NCBI GenBank assembly: GCA_040285855.1
Contig: JAUFOQ010000010.1
Location: forward strand, 744,001 to 808,000
DNA: 64,000 nucleotides
Direction of reading: 5' to 3'
DNA from: Eukaryota sp. GEM-RC1
Lineage: Eukaryota
Part shown: positions 1 to 12,392 of the stretch, piece by piece
Numbering within the stretch: position 1 is the stretch's first letter
How the letters are laid out: each line of letters starts with the position of its first letter
The notes under the pieces: model-generated
Databases searched by the model: none
Seen by the model: only the letters and a program-made list of their open reading frames with translations
What the model was told of the DNA's origin: nothing
Translations under genes and position numbers: made by a program

Positions 1-305
1 GTTATCTTGTCAGGAAATTGTCATGGATTTCACAACTGTTGAACCTTACAATTTAAAAATCAATTTCCAAAAAATTTGATGACTTTTCTAATCTTGAAGT
101 GGCTTAAAAAGGAAAAAATACATAGTTATGTCACTTAAGCAACCAATTGAATGTTGACAGGTACAATCTTATGAGTTTCAACCGTTTGCGATGTCGATTT
201 ACGGTAATGGTGGACCAGCTGCACAAGGGTTTCTAACTTCCTTTGGTAAATTGTGTTCTGAGTACGGAAAAGTTTTCAATGCAAATTTTTGGTCGAGTAG
301 GTTAT
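1..305 (+). mobile_element. 3' fragment of a CRE-like non-LTR retrotransposon (restriction-like endonuclease region), degenerate
   Basis: Manual translation gives SCQEIVMDFTTVEP...YEFQPFAMSIYGNGGPAAQGFL...FNANFWSSRL, matching in-window copies at 15038-15709 (SCQAVIDFTTVDP) and 40219-40776 (YPFVFSLYGSLG...FWKNRI); frameshifts and stops present. Confidence 0.7.
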
Positions 306-820
306 GACGTCGTCATGACTTTGGGTCTGTTTATTTAAATTCTTTTATTGTATTTGATGATGGGTTATTTGTTACTCATGTCTACTTTACCCCTTGTCTT
401 TTATAAAAATGATAGATATCAATGTGTGACTCATTTTGTGGTGACTAGAAATATATTAAACTAGTTCTTGTGTTCAAAATGGTATTTGTATATGTGATCA
501 AAGAATTGTTCTGTGTACCGGATGTGACAGTCTCAGTTTTTGATTCTGTGACCGTAACCATTCTGATTTTTAGATCAAGGATATGCAATATGTCGTTTCA
601 TACACTCGGAACGTATTTCATCATTTATCAAAAGAGTTGGTGTATTAGAATTTATGATGGATACTACAGGCAACTCAACCGCTTCACAAACACTCATCAT
701 ATTTGACAAAACACGACTATTGGGCGTCAAGTTCGAGAAAAAAAGAACTGTTTTGAGCTAGCTTAAATTCAGCGGAACCAAATTTAGTTTTCGTATTTCT
801 ACTTTCGCGTTGATCTAGAG

Positions 821-1387
821 TATGGAACGCAAATGTGCCGTAGCGTAGCGTACGTACGGATGTACGGTACATGTACCGTTACTGTACTTTTGGCCGACTA
901 AAATACATTATTACTAATTTGAACATGATAATCCACTGTGACATTTTAAGAGTTATCATCGTCATACATTGTGCCGTTGAACAAAGCTCATGATCTCAAG
1001 ATGACGATTGTCATACTTATTCAAATTTAGGGTACATCATTTGCTGACCACAACTTACCCAAAATGACAATGGTACATACATATCTCAGTAATCGCATGG
1101 AATTAACAATGGTAGCGTCTCCGACTCACAGCGCATGTAATGAGTGACTGTTACGAGATATAACAAGGATGAAGGGCCCTAAAACCCAAAGAGTCTGTTT
1201 TTAAACGATTATAAGATGCAGAAGCAAATTGTATTAGTACAGTGTTTGACGAGGCAATGAATCTCCACTCCACAAATGGTATTTGAAAATAAATTTAGAC
1301 CATTCGTAAACAGGGCATTTAAATAAAATCAAATGACATCGGTACGGATAAAAGAAATCGGTACGTACCAAAGATTTGCGCACATTG
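821..1387. mobile_element. Non-autonomous hAT-type element (family A), copy 1
   Basis: Homologous to 14162-14784 and 48218-49564; imperfect TIRs (c/t)atggaacgcaaatg...tttgcgcacattg; cgtac-rich subterminal repeats; 8-bp TSD atctagag/atttagag (1 mismatch). Confidence 0.8.
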
Positions 1388-1859
1388 ATTTAGAGGAACA
1401 AAATCAAATGTAAAGTACATCACGGTTGAAAACGTTTAATCGGAGTTTTGTCACACGTGTTATCTTACTGTGTTGAATGCATCATAATCAGTTTTTAAAA
1501 ACACAGTATATCAAAGATTTCTTAGAATTCGAGATGAACTCAGTTGTATTCGTATCGATATTCAAACAACAATTTATTGTTGCTGATTGTCAGTCAATGT
1601 GACTGTACCATAGAATAGGACACTATTCATAAATTGAAGATGCTACCTGATACTAACTACCAGCTGCTAGCTATGTTCCGAGTAATGGCACTAGTAATCT
1701 CCAGGTCGAACCAGAAATCTACATGTAAGTTCTGGTAACTCTCCTCCACTCACGCTAGATCATCCATCAACAAGAGAAAACGAAAATAGAACTACAGTAG
1801 AAGCCTAACTAAACTCCTGTCTCTGAAGGAGAATTTTGTTTTCCTCTCTGCTTCATACT

Positions 1860-3461
1860 ATGAAGTTTTCACGTATACTTCTGAAGCTCATAGGGGTATC
1901 ATTGAATACTATCTTCTCTTCTGAAACTGATGCTGAACCTAAACAACTTGAAGTTCTCCCTTTGACATCCTCTCTCCATTGTCCTTCAAGAAACTTACAC
2001 TTTCAGCAGTCCTTACTGATACTCATCAATGTACACTTGTTGAGACTTATTTGTAAGTCTTCTCATGAAGTAAATCATTTTGAACTTTGCCCCTGTCTCC
2101 ATAACTTGAGGGAAGATCTTTCAAAATTATTTACGAAAGTCGGATATGTAAGCCATCATTTCTTTGAATCTGCTCTACTGTCCACCAAGGTGTTTTTTCA
2201 AACAAACACGTTCCACCTAGATTCTAAAGACCTTCCGCAACTCTTTTCATATGCTTCTTTCTTTGAAGCAGATGTACATTCTGTTTTCTTGCAATTATAT
2301 TGTGTTTTCCGAGTTGAACAATGGCTTTGGTGTTCTCATTTAATTTCAGGATTAGAATTGAGACTAATGCATCACAATGACTTGGAGTTTCTCAACAAGT
2401 CTTCCTTGTTCTTTCCACGTCTTAAGCAACTTCATGTGTGTGTTGATCGATCTATTTCTGTGTCGTTTATCAAATTTTTGAAGAAAAATGATACAGTTAC
2501 AAGTTTTTCTCTAAGTAACAACTCTATTGGATGTGATGGTGCCAGAGATTTGGCAGATGCATTAAAAGTTAATACTTCAATTACAAGTATTAATCTTTAT
2601 AATAACTTTATTGAAAATGAAGGTGCTTTGGCGTTGTCAGATGTATTTATAATTAATACTTCAATTACCAGTATTAATTTAAGGTACAACTCTATTGGAG
2701 ATGAAGGTGCCACAGCATTGGCGGATGCGTTGAAGGTTAATACTTCAGTTACAAATATAAATTTGATTTACAACTCTATTGGAGCTGAAGGTGCCAGAGC
2801 ATTGGCAGAGGCGTTGAAGGTTAATACTTCAGTTACAACTGTTAATCTGGGGGACAACGCTATTGGAGATGAAGGTGCTAGAGCATTGTCAGAGGGGTTG
2901 AAAGCTAATACTACAGTTACTAGTATGGATGTGGAAAATAACTCTATTGGACATGAAGGTGCTAGATCTATAGCAGAAGCTTTGGAAGCTAATACTACAG
3001 TTACTAATATTGATGTGGGAAATAACTCTATTGGAGATGAAGGTACTAGAGCTTTAGCAAAGATGTTGAAAGCTAATACTACAGTTAGTAATATTGACGT
3101 GGGAAATAACTCTATTGGAGATGAAGGTGCTAGAGCTTTAACAGATGCATTAAAAGCTAATACTACCGTTACAAGTGTTAATCTGGATCACAATTCTATT
3201 GGAGTTGAAGGTGCCAGAGCTTTAGCAGAATTGTTGAAAGTAAATGTTTCAGTTACCAGTATTTCTCTATGGGACAACTCCATTGGTGACGAAGGTGCGA
3301 GACTATTAGCAGAGGCATTAAAAGTAAATGCTACAGTTATCAGAATTCATCTAGGTTTAAACCCTATTGGATTTGAAGGTGTCAGGGCGTTGGTAAAAGC
3401 GTTAAAAGTTAATGACAAAGTTACAATAGATGGGGTACCTCTACTTAAACCACATGCGTAA
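1860..3461 (+). CDS. LRR family protein: conserved N-terminal domain plus 11 RNI/NLRC3-type 28-aa LRRs
   Basis: Intact ORF with first ATG at 1860; motifs LHFQQSLLILI, KVGYVSHHFFESALL, SHLISGLEL, FFPRLKQLHV; repeats of NSIGDEGARALAEALKVN. Confidence 0.9.
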   Translation: MKFSRILLKLIGVSLNTIFSSETDAEPKQLEVLPLTSSLHCPSRNLHFQQSLLILINVHLLRLICKSSHEVNHFELCPCLHNLREDLSKLFTKVGYVSHHFFESALLSTKVFFQTNTFHLDSKDLPQLFSYASFFEADVHSVFLQLYCVFRVEQWLWCSHLISGLELRLMHHNDLEFLNKSSLFFPRLKQLHVCVDRSISVSFIKFLKKNDTVTSFSLSNNSIGCDGARDLADALKVNTSITSINLYNNFIENEGALALSDVFIINTSITSINLRYNSIGDEGATALADALKVNTSVTNINLIYNSIGAEGARALAEALKVNTSVTTVNLGDNAIGDEGARALSEGLKANTTVTSMDVENNSIGHEGARSIAEALEANTTVTNIDVGNNSIGDEGTRALAKMLKANTTVSNIDVGNNSIGDEGARALTDALKANTTVTSVNLDHNSIGVEGARALAELLKVNVSVTSISLWDNSIGDEGARLLAEALKVNATVIRIHLGLNPIGFEGVRALVKALKVNDKVTIDGVPLLKPHA

Positions 3462-5849
3462 GTTTCATTTGTTGTTTTTTTTATTAAATTCGATATATCC
3501 TTTTGAAAGACAAATTTTGATGTACATAAAGCTAAGTATAAACGAAACCTAGTTTATAAAAAAACAAATATAGTTGTCTTATAAAAAAAATAGGGGCCAT
3601 GAAACACTAAATACATCAAATTTCTCACAAATTTCACAGTTCTCATGTGCCAAGTTCTAACTACAATGTATATTAATAAATTTGGGCCCTTCTACATGAA
3701 TGTATTAATCGTTGAGTACAATTATAATTATGTATACAATTAATTTTTGACATGAACTTTAATGTCTAGTCAAAATGTTGAATACGAAATACTCCCTTAT
3801 GCTGGTTCAATCTATGGACGTTTAGAAAAAGTGCATTGAATTTTTTAAACGATTTCAAACAAAATCGTTAAAAACAGGTTGTACAAACGTTTTGATCATA
3901 TGCTATGGTTGAATCGGGATGTTTTATTGTTTTTAAAACAATTCCTCCAATCATCTCCAAAGCTTTAATAGCAGTAAGTTCTTTCTATGAGGTCAAAGCT
4001 GTTGTAAGGTTTGATAACGACGGGTGTTGTTTTCACGATATCAAATTTGATGTGCTTGATCTATGAAATTTATGATTAAATAAAAGGTAATGTCTTGTGT
4101 AGGTTAGGAAATTGAGATTAAAACTGATAAATAGACAAATGTACTCTCCATAGAGATTTCAACTGGAAAATAAAGAAAGGCCATCAAAGTGAAAGCACTG
4201 GCAGCATAGCAATATCCAAACTCTTCAGATTTATTCCACGTCCTTTTCCAAGATCCATGGCGAGATTCAACCCAATACAAAGTCCATCGAAAGAACGACT
4301 GGATATTTAATAATCAATACCTGTACACCAATTTTCACTATAAGTCCATATATATTTATTATAACCTTTCAAAACCACGTTTAGCACGATTTAGAAAATT
4401 TATTACATGTACTATGGTTCCCGATAATTCTTCTTTTGAAAACTAATTTACACTAGTTCCTTTATACCATTATTCTTGTAATATTTGTATTATATTATAC
4501 CCATGTTGACTTCAGCACCTATGAAGAACCATTTTGTTTGTAAGCGTCATCTTTTCTTGAGACTAACTCCTCTAAGGTCCTGAAGGGATCTAGCTACAGA
4601 GATAGTGTCAGCTATTTTTGGTATATTAGTACGTTCTTGCGATTTGTACATTCATTGAGGAGATTGATTTGTATACTTAGTTTTTCAATGAAAAGTTTTA
4701 ATAAATCCACAATTTAGATTAAGCGAAAAATCCATAACAGTGTGTAACATTGTTAGTCAAAACTACAAAAAGCACAAGACTACGATTTCTTTCACCAATA
4801 ATCACACTTCTTTTTTTACAATTGGTACTGAATCAAAGTTTATATTCAGTACTGTTAAAGAATGACAATTTAACTGAACAATAGATATGATCGATGTTGA
4901 TTCGACTTCTGAATCATGCTGACCCATACTGAAAGTTGAAACTCGACTTCATCAACTCAATGATCTTTCAGTATTTGAAAAGAGCACAAAAAATCGAAAC
5001 AGTTAATTGAAATACGCTCACATCACAAGAACCTTTCATGTGGTGTGTAATTTCCAAAAATATTGCAAATCTTCTTTGGCATCAATTTTCATGTAGACTT
5101 CAATTTTTGCCTTAATGACTGAATCTGTAGATCACACAATAAAATCTGTTGCACAACTGTTGTTTTGACGTGAAACCGTAATTATCGACTAAGTGATTTT
5201 ATAAATCATTGTTGTCATAAGCATATACAGAAAAGGGTTTAATTTGGGATATTTATTTAAAATGATCGACGACACATTTAGAATTGACTAAAATTTGCAC
5301 ATATTTGTCATGAAACACAGTCGTTCATCGACTGCCAAGTTGTCATTTTGAATCAATTGTTTTACCAACAATTAAGTGTGAACTAAATGCCAATAAAGAG
5401 TAAGACACACGAACATGTATGTTGATTTGTACTTCATACATTAAACTGCGAGCAGATGCAAGCATCTGTTCAGGCGAGTCAAAAAAACGCTGAAAAGCAA
5501 CTGTCTTGTTATTAAACCGGATAGTCTTGAGAGACAACTGTTTTTACAAGAAAAACGTGTACATTCGGTCCTTGTAACCATTACCTACTTCTATATAAGA
5601 AAGAGCGACAGAAACAAAAAACCCTCCATTAACTAGAACAACTTACAAAAAGAAGCTCTCTGCGAAGATGAATGAAACCTGGAAATTAAAATAATAGTAG
5701 ATAACATTTTATTACAGTAACATCAGGAGCTTCTTCAACGCCAACAAATTAACGACATAGCAGGTATTACAGAGGAAGAACTTCCTGATTGCTGGAATGT
5801 ATATTAAATCGCTACTGACGATCACTGGAAGACCTGAGCCTACGTGGAT

Positions 5850-6330
5850 TTCGCAAGGAAAGAGATCTTCAGATACATTTGTTCATTACTCACTTTATGG
5901 CTTCTCTAAAGGTCAATCCTGACTCTGTTTCTGAATTATTCTGGATGTCCGGAACTAATAAGAAACGCAGATGTACCCTCTGTAGCACATCTTCAATGAA
6001 AGTGTAGATTAGCATAGTATGAGAATCATAGATTATAAACCAACTTAATTTCATTCATTGTATGTCCACTAACCCCATACAACATCAAAAGTGCTTCGTC
6101 CAATATAGTTCTGGATTCTGCAACCACTGTTACGCCATTGGGATCAACCAACTTCTTAATCCAGTTACTCATTGTCGTTTGATGTACCCAGAAGACCTGT
6201 GCAATGGCTGTCTGAGATTGGAAGAAAGATAAGGAAGAAGTAAGTGTACATGGTGCGTACTCCGGTATCAGCAGTGGTGTGATATCTGAACTACTTTATA
6301 TCAGTGACTGCAACAGTATCTGAGCGTCGT
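5850..6330 (-). pseudogene. Possible IS630/Tc1-like transposase N-terminal (HTH) remnant
   Basis: Minus-strand translation across a frameshift gives MYTYFFL...AIAQVFWVHQTTMSNWIKK, which looks HTH-like; heavily degenerate; ends not identified. Confidence 0.3.
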
Positions 6331-6984
6331 TAGTCTCTACAAAGATCACGATATTGCAAAAGGAGATTAGTGTTATAAGGCAAAAAGGAACAACGAGCTA
6401 TGAACAAATACAGGATGAAAAAATTGGGAATTGGGAGGGTGACAAAATGTTAAGCACCCGAATTACAAACCACAGTAAGCATACAAAAGGAAATTCACAG
6501 TATGAAGAAAATTACTCTCATCATTTTAAACTTGAACAAAATCTTGAATGGAAGTCAATAGTAGTGACTGATATACAGTACTATATGTGCGGCAGTGAAC
6601 GCTAACACGTTCAAAATCAAATATAACACGTGTTAACACGCGTGTTGCGTGTCAGGCCGTGTTACGTGTTATATATAATACGTGTGCGATGACATCTTTA
6701 GCAGCAGTCATTTTTAAATCCAATTTGATACAAGAATTCAAGAAACAGTAGAATTGTTGTACTGGTTGTTGGAGAAGCAACTAAGTGAAGTAAATGTACT
6801 TTTAAAATTTTAATCCAGAAATCAACAGTAGCATTCTGAAATTTGAAAATGAAAGAGTTCAAAAACTCAAATTTACCCCATCAAATGTATAACATAACTC
6901 ATGAGTATCGAACTACAAAGAACATGACACGTCATCATTCATGAATGAAATCGTGATCTGTAAACAAAAATCGTTCTGTTAATG

Positions 6985-7575
6985 ATCTAAGTGATGAGTT
7001 TGGTTGAGAAAGAAGAAGATGAGTAATGAGAATGAGTAACAACATAAGCACAATCAAGAAGAAGCACATAGACTTGAGTATTGGCCAAAGATAAGCTCCT
7101 TAAAACGAGAGGAATGGAAATGAAGAGATCAAAAGAAACAGAGCAGAAGAAACAACGGGAAAGGGACGAAATGAATTAGGTAGGGATGATAAAAGGGGAG
7201 GTATGAAGACTCAGAAACAAGACCTATACATCAGAACAAGCATTGAGGAAGTAAAACCAGTAAGCAGATCAGAAACAACATGAAGAGTGTTTGTCTGGAA
7301 GAACATGTTGACAGAAAACATAGCAGAATCAATCAAAGAAAGTTTGACTAAAATAGCCAACAGATTGGAAGAACAAAAGAAGTTCTTCTTGTAAGAGAGA
7401 CAGAGATAAAGTGCCCTCACAATGCTCAAGAGAAAGTAGACGACGTCGAAGATAGTGACTTTGTATCAAAATCAGCAAGGACTGTTGAAAATATAGCGGG
7501 GGATGAGATTGAGGATGATTTTTCACCAACACAAGAAGAGTGACGCGACTCTTCTTTTGAGGAGGTTTAGTTTGG
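6985..7575 (-). pseudogene. Truncated LRR-family gene (N-terminal domain only)
   Basis: KPPQKKSRV...LYFQQSLLILIQ...FFQSVGYFSQTFFD and, in another frame, SAMFSVNMFFQTNTLHV; frameshifted; no LRRs follow. Confidence 0.75.
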
Positions 7576-8504
7576 GTGGGAAATTTGTTTCGCTTGTATG
7601 TACAGTTTTTATACAGAAGCATAGTTGGCAATCACATATCACAGCGTGTGATCACCTAAATCACATTTTGTTCAAAATGTGTGATAACCAAACCCAAAGT
7701 TTTGATCAACAAAATTCTAACCAAATATATCATTAACATGTACTCAATCAATATACACGTATCGATAGCTATGAGACAAGACAAAAATCTTTGAACAATT
7801 ATAGAGCAACAATCAGGAACGTAATTGTCTTTTCAATTTGATACTTGCTTTCTATTAACTTTCCGTTGGTAAAACGAAAACAGAAAGTATCACTACCTTC
7901 GCTCAAACACTGCTTGAACTTCAACGGATTCAAAACATTCGGACAAACTGATCTCCTTTGTCGTGTTCATTACGTTTTTACGTTGGAAAGGGCTTTTATT
8001 TTGGCTTCCTGTTTCAACATCGGTAAGTGAAAATTAAGGGAAAAACAGTTGGTATCAAAGAAATAGAGAATACAAATACACAATACACATTCAGAACACA
8101 AAATACAGATACCAAATACAAAATACAAATACATATTTTTTGTATCACAATTTCAAGTGTTAATACAGAGTGTATCGAACTCAAAGAATGTGTTCAAATA
8201 GTATGTATTTAGTAGCATTGCTACAGTTTAGCAGAAAAACTATCGATCAAATTTGCTGGTCTTACACTTCTTTCAGTTGATTTTGAGTTAGTGTTTCTAT
8301 GCTTTTTCCAGTCATTGGACCTACACAACGAGAAATCAACTTCACCTCTTCATCTACATCGTCAAGCACTGGAGTTTCTGGAATCTCTTCCTGAACAATT
8401 GGTTCGACTTCTTCATCATCATCATCATCATTTTCAAAGACTGACAATAAGGCAATAAGCATTCTAACTCGGAATCAGTGTAAATACATATTATACATTA
8501 TAAT

Positions 8505-8772
8505 TTTTTGGTAATATTGGTCCAGCCGGTTTAAAGTTTTTCAGTGATTTCAGTCTTTTATGGCGTTCTAATGGCAAAGTGTTCAATAGCGCTGTATGTA
8601 TTAATCGAATTATGTTCGCTCTTTATAGAAGCATTCCCAAATATTTATGTTCCATTTATTCGAAGTTGTATAGGGACAATTCTCTGTGTTGATGTGGAGA
8701 ATTTAACTTCTTTCATTTTCTGAATTAGTATTTGTTAATTTATTGTTGCAAATAAACTCTTAATTATATAAA
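8505..8772 (+). mobile_element. 3' end of a CRE-like non-LTR retrotransposon
   Basis: FGNIGPAGLKFFSDF...GKVFN...NRIMFALYRSIPKYL is similar to NRIVFSLYRSFPKYL at 15038-15331; followed by AATAAA and an AT-rich tail. Confidence 0.7.
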
Positions 8773-8949
8773 TAGATAACAAAGTTATTATTCATCATCT
8801 AATTTTATTCAGACTGCATGAAGTTGTGATCCGTGTTATCACAAAGTGTGATTGTGATTGCCAACTATTGACAGAAGCAATGAAATGAAACGTCTTCTAA
8901 TGATGTCATCTTTCCTTTTACAGACACTAAGGACCATGAAATTAATCCG

Positions 8950-9784
8950 AATACTTTGTGATGTAAGACCTTGCTGAGCGATAACAGTGCATCGATCCCA
9001 AGGTTTAACAATTGACGGGATTGAAGTTGCTATTCAGTTTTGGGAATATGCCCAACTCTATGTGACCTTAAATAGGGTTAGGTCTCGGAACAGTTTAAAG
9101 ATTTTAAGCATTGGAAGAAGTTATCCAGTGCCAAATTTGGAATTGTACCAATGGTATTATTCAACTTTTCATCCTGTTAAGCCATCGACTTCTGATTTGT
9201 ATGTTTTGGGAAATCAACAATGTCTTCAACGAGATTTCAATCATTTAAATTCATTGTTTGCGAACTTTTGTGCAGAATAGAGTGTAACAATTGTGGATGT
9301 TGTTGTTCCTAAAATTGTTCATTGTGTTGATGAAGTTGTTGATGAAGATATTGTTGATAATGTTGATGAAAAAATTATTGAAAATAATGATAATCAAATT
9401 ATTGACTTGGAAGAAAATCGTTTAAATCATTTCGAAAAATCAAATTTATTTGAAACAGAAGCTGTACTATCAGGATCCGATTCTGGTGATGAATCTGATA
9501 ATGATACAATTTCAACAAATTTAGATGATTTTGTTGTAAATGATGAAGAAGATGAAACTAATATTCCTCCCAAATTTATTAATTGTGACTCAATTTTTAA
9601 CAAACATTCTCCAGACATTTCCGTGAAAAAGTCTAAACTTCCTCAGTTATCACGAGGCAACAGTATTCTACCATCACTTCCCCGTTTGAAGAAAACCCCT
9701 TTACCAACGACAATTTTAATATTAAAAAAGAATGTCAGTGCTGGTATAGAAAGAAAAAAGTGCCCAAGTTTTTCCTCGCATTGA
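8950..9784 (+). pseudogene. PIF1-like helicase C-terminal fragment plus acidic tail
   Basis: PC*AITVHRSQGLTI...AQLYVTLNRVRSRNSLKI matches PIF1 motifs V/VI (TGA at the Trp position); ORFs 8987 and 9293 share a frame and are separated by one TAG. Confidence 0.7.
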
Positions 9785-10524
9785 GGATCAAAAACGAATT
9801 TGTCCCAAGGAAGTTCAGACTGAAGGCTTTGAAAATGAAAAATGTGATTAAATATATGAATATCAACAAGTTGACAATGTGACTTATGAAACAATATCAT
9901 TGTCTCCTATTTTGGAGTATAATCGTGTTGCTACTTCAAAACAATTGGGAGTGGACTTAACTATTGGAATTCAGTCAATTGTCAATAATGTACTAGATTG
10001 TATTGGGTCTGATTCTTCATCAAGTATGGAAGTGAAAACAATAAGAAACTGTTACATTAACGATGTGATTAATAGGGATAATGTTGATGAACGTTATTGT
10101 AGTGACGTGTATTTGAAAAATGATGAAAAGGCTGGTATGTGTGTTTTATTTGAATTATATTTAATTTTGAAAATGATTGGAAAATAAATATAATTTTGAT
10201 AGTTTCAAGGTGTGTTTCAAATCTTGTATTATCAATGTTGCGTTCCCAATTTTGTAACTAAGTATCACTAAAATAGAACCAAAGTGATACAACATCATAC
10301 AGTCTCCCAAACTTCAATTTTTAAAAGATTTAAATTTATTGATAGCGAAAATTTTGATTTTTCATTTAAATGATAGACACAGGTACTTTAGTGATGGAGG
10401 GATATAGTATTGGTAGTTAAGTTTGATAAATTGAGATTGTATATTTTTGTGTGTGGGTTTAACGACATTATATATAGAAGAAAAAAATATCAATGTCAAC
10501 CATTCATTACACTTACAACACTTT

Positions 10525-10608
10525 CATTACAAATGTTGTAGTTACAAATGTTGTATCACCAAATGTTGTCATTACAAATTTTGTAGTTACAAATGTCCAC
10601 TATTATCC
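10525..10608. repeat. 15-bp tandem repeat (ttacaaatgttgtag x ~5), possibly a DNA-transposon subterminal array
   Basis: Directly visible periodic repeat ending in ...ccactattatcc. Confidence 0.7.
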
Positions 10609-11464
10609 ATGTGATGAATGACAATTTCCTATAAATAAAGATATTACAAATATTGGTTTACTGTTGACAACAGTGACTAAAAATAACCTTCCACTACACT
10701 CTGGCGCAGTTCCTCAAGTCTCGTTCAAAAGTGGAGGTCAGTACAGGGTAGTAAAATCCGACACACTTCAACAATGGATACAGTTATGTGAACTTGAAGG
10801 AGAAGAAACTTCAAAAACTCAAGAGAAGTAATGGCTGACCCACGTGGAAACGGTAGATGAATCTTGCTGTTGAACTTTGAGATTCATTTGGGAAAGATAG
10901 GTGTAGACGGCACGTGTTTTGGTCTCCTCACCTCAGATACATGACACCGAAGCAGTTTGACGTAAAAGTCGTTGAGAAGGAGAGCAAAATTTAAAGGCAT
11001 AATTTAAGGAATGATGATAGGGTGGTTAATGAAAATATTTTGAACACCAAAATGCAACCAAAACGAAAACCTGAGGACAGATTTTTCTTTGTTTTCTTTA
11101 TGTACCAAATCTGTAACAATTCAAAGCAGACTCTATGCTTTCATCACACTCACTACTGTATACAAACTACGTGTACCCATCAACGGAACACCGTTGACTT
11201 TACGTACACCTATGGTGAGAAAATGTCTTAAGACCATAAATCTGCCCTTAACAGATTTGATTCAGTACTGTCTGCTCTCGCTCTTATGTTTCACCCTCTC
11301 AACTATTGATTCACATGGACAAATATTCATATCCGTACTACCTTGTTTTTGCTTCTCAGTCTTATACACCTTCTTTTGGTGTTGTTACTGTGGACAATAA
11401 CGATAGCTGCTGTTGGTGGTTGAATCTGCTTCCGACATCATTTGCTGTCAGTAACTTCAAAACA

Positions 11465-11484
11465 CTAACCCTAACCCTAACCTA
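11465..11484. repeat. Short interstitial telomeric tract (CCCTAA/TTAGGG x ~3)
   Basis: ctaaccctaaccctaaccta. Confidence 0.7.
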
Positions 11485-11790
11485 AAGGAAATCATCCATG
11501 TAAGCCAACAATTTCCAAATCCTTGTACTTGGATTTAAGGCAGTAAATGATGGGGTGAATAGAAAGGCAGAAGAAAAAAAGAACTAAGAGGATCACCTTG
11601 TTTAACACCTGTTAGTGAAGAAAGATTAGGCGAGTTGTAGACCAAATCAGACGAACTACCGTTAAATGTATGAAAAAAGATTCCAATTCTGGACAATGTT
11701 CTTGGAATTGTGGTAATATAGCAGCACATTTGACAGATAGATAACATAAATTGTTGACAAATTATTATATGTTTTTCGTTGCTGTTATTC
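11485..11790 (-). mobile_element. Non-LTR reverse transcriptase fragment
   Basis: LTGVKQGDPLSSFF motif, then AYMDDF in a shifted frame. Confidence 0.8.
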
Positions 11791-12392
11791 ATTCGTAGAT
11801 TTAATATTTCCCTGCCGTTCTTGTAAACTGAACGCCTGTAAACTATCTTAACGGTTAAACATATGACACAATTTGTACATGGAATAGCTTTTTACCTTAT
11901 TTTTTTCCACCTGTATTGCTCTAACATAAATAAAATTTTCTTACGTGCAGGTCTTTTTTTCTGGTCTCTATTTGATTGAAGTAAATTGATTAACGTATGA
12001 CGTTAAAATTACAAATAAGGTACTTTGGTTATGTTAGACACTTATTTGGAAGATTTAAGTGAAAACTTCCCGATAATGTCACACATTTACTTCAGGAAAC
12101 ACTGGTGAGCTAACATACACCTCTACTCATACTTCCTGTACTCAAGGTACTCAACGACCACATGCGCTTCTGGAATCAAGAGTCGACGAACGGGTATCAA
12201 TGATTGACATAGAATCTATAAAGGCAAATTCAATAGGATCTATGACTTTTTACAGACTCCATCGACAAGGAACAGTGTGTTGTAAGCAGATAAGTGTTTC
12301 AACTTCGTATTGTACATGAGTTTTGAATTTGGTTATTCAGATATGCTTCTAGTTCTAGTTCTAGTTGATTTTTTTCACCAACATCAAAAACC

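Noticed and set aside
1860..3461. Calling the LRR genes NLRC3/NOD or RanGAP orthologs
   Set aside because: Only the LRR type is similar; there is no NACHT domain, and the family is multi-copy with its own N-terminal domain
3830..5540. Coding-like minus-strand remnants
   Set aside because: No recognisable motif; too many stops to assign
6593..8220. Possible hAT ends (acacgtgt cluster 6593-6690; aatac cluster 8065-8220)
   Set aside because: No matching partner TIR or TSD found; too degenerate to delimit
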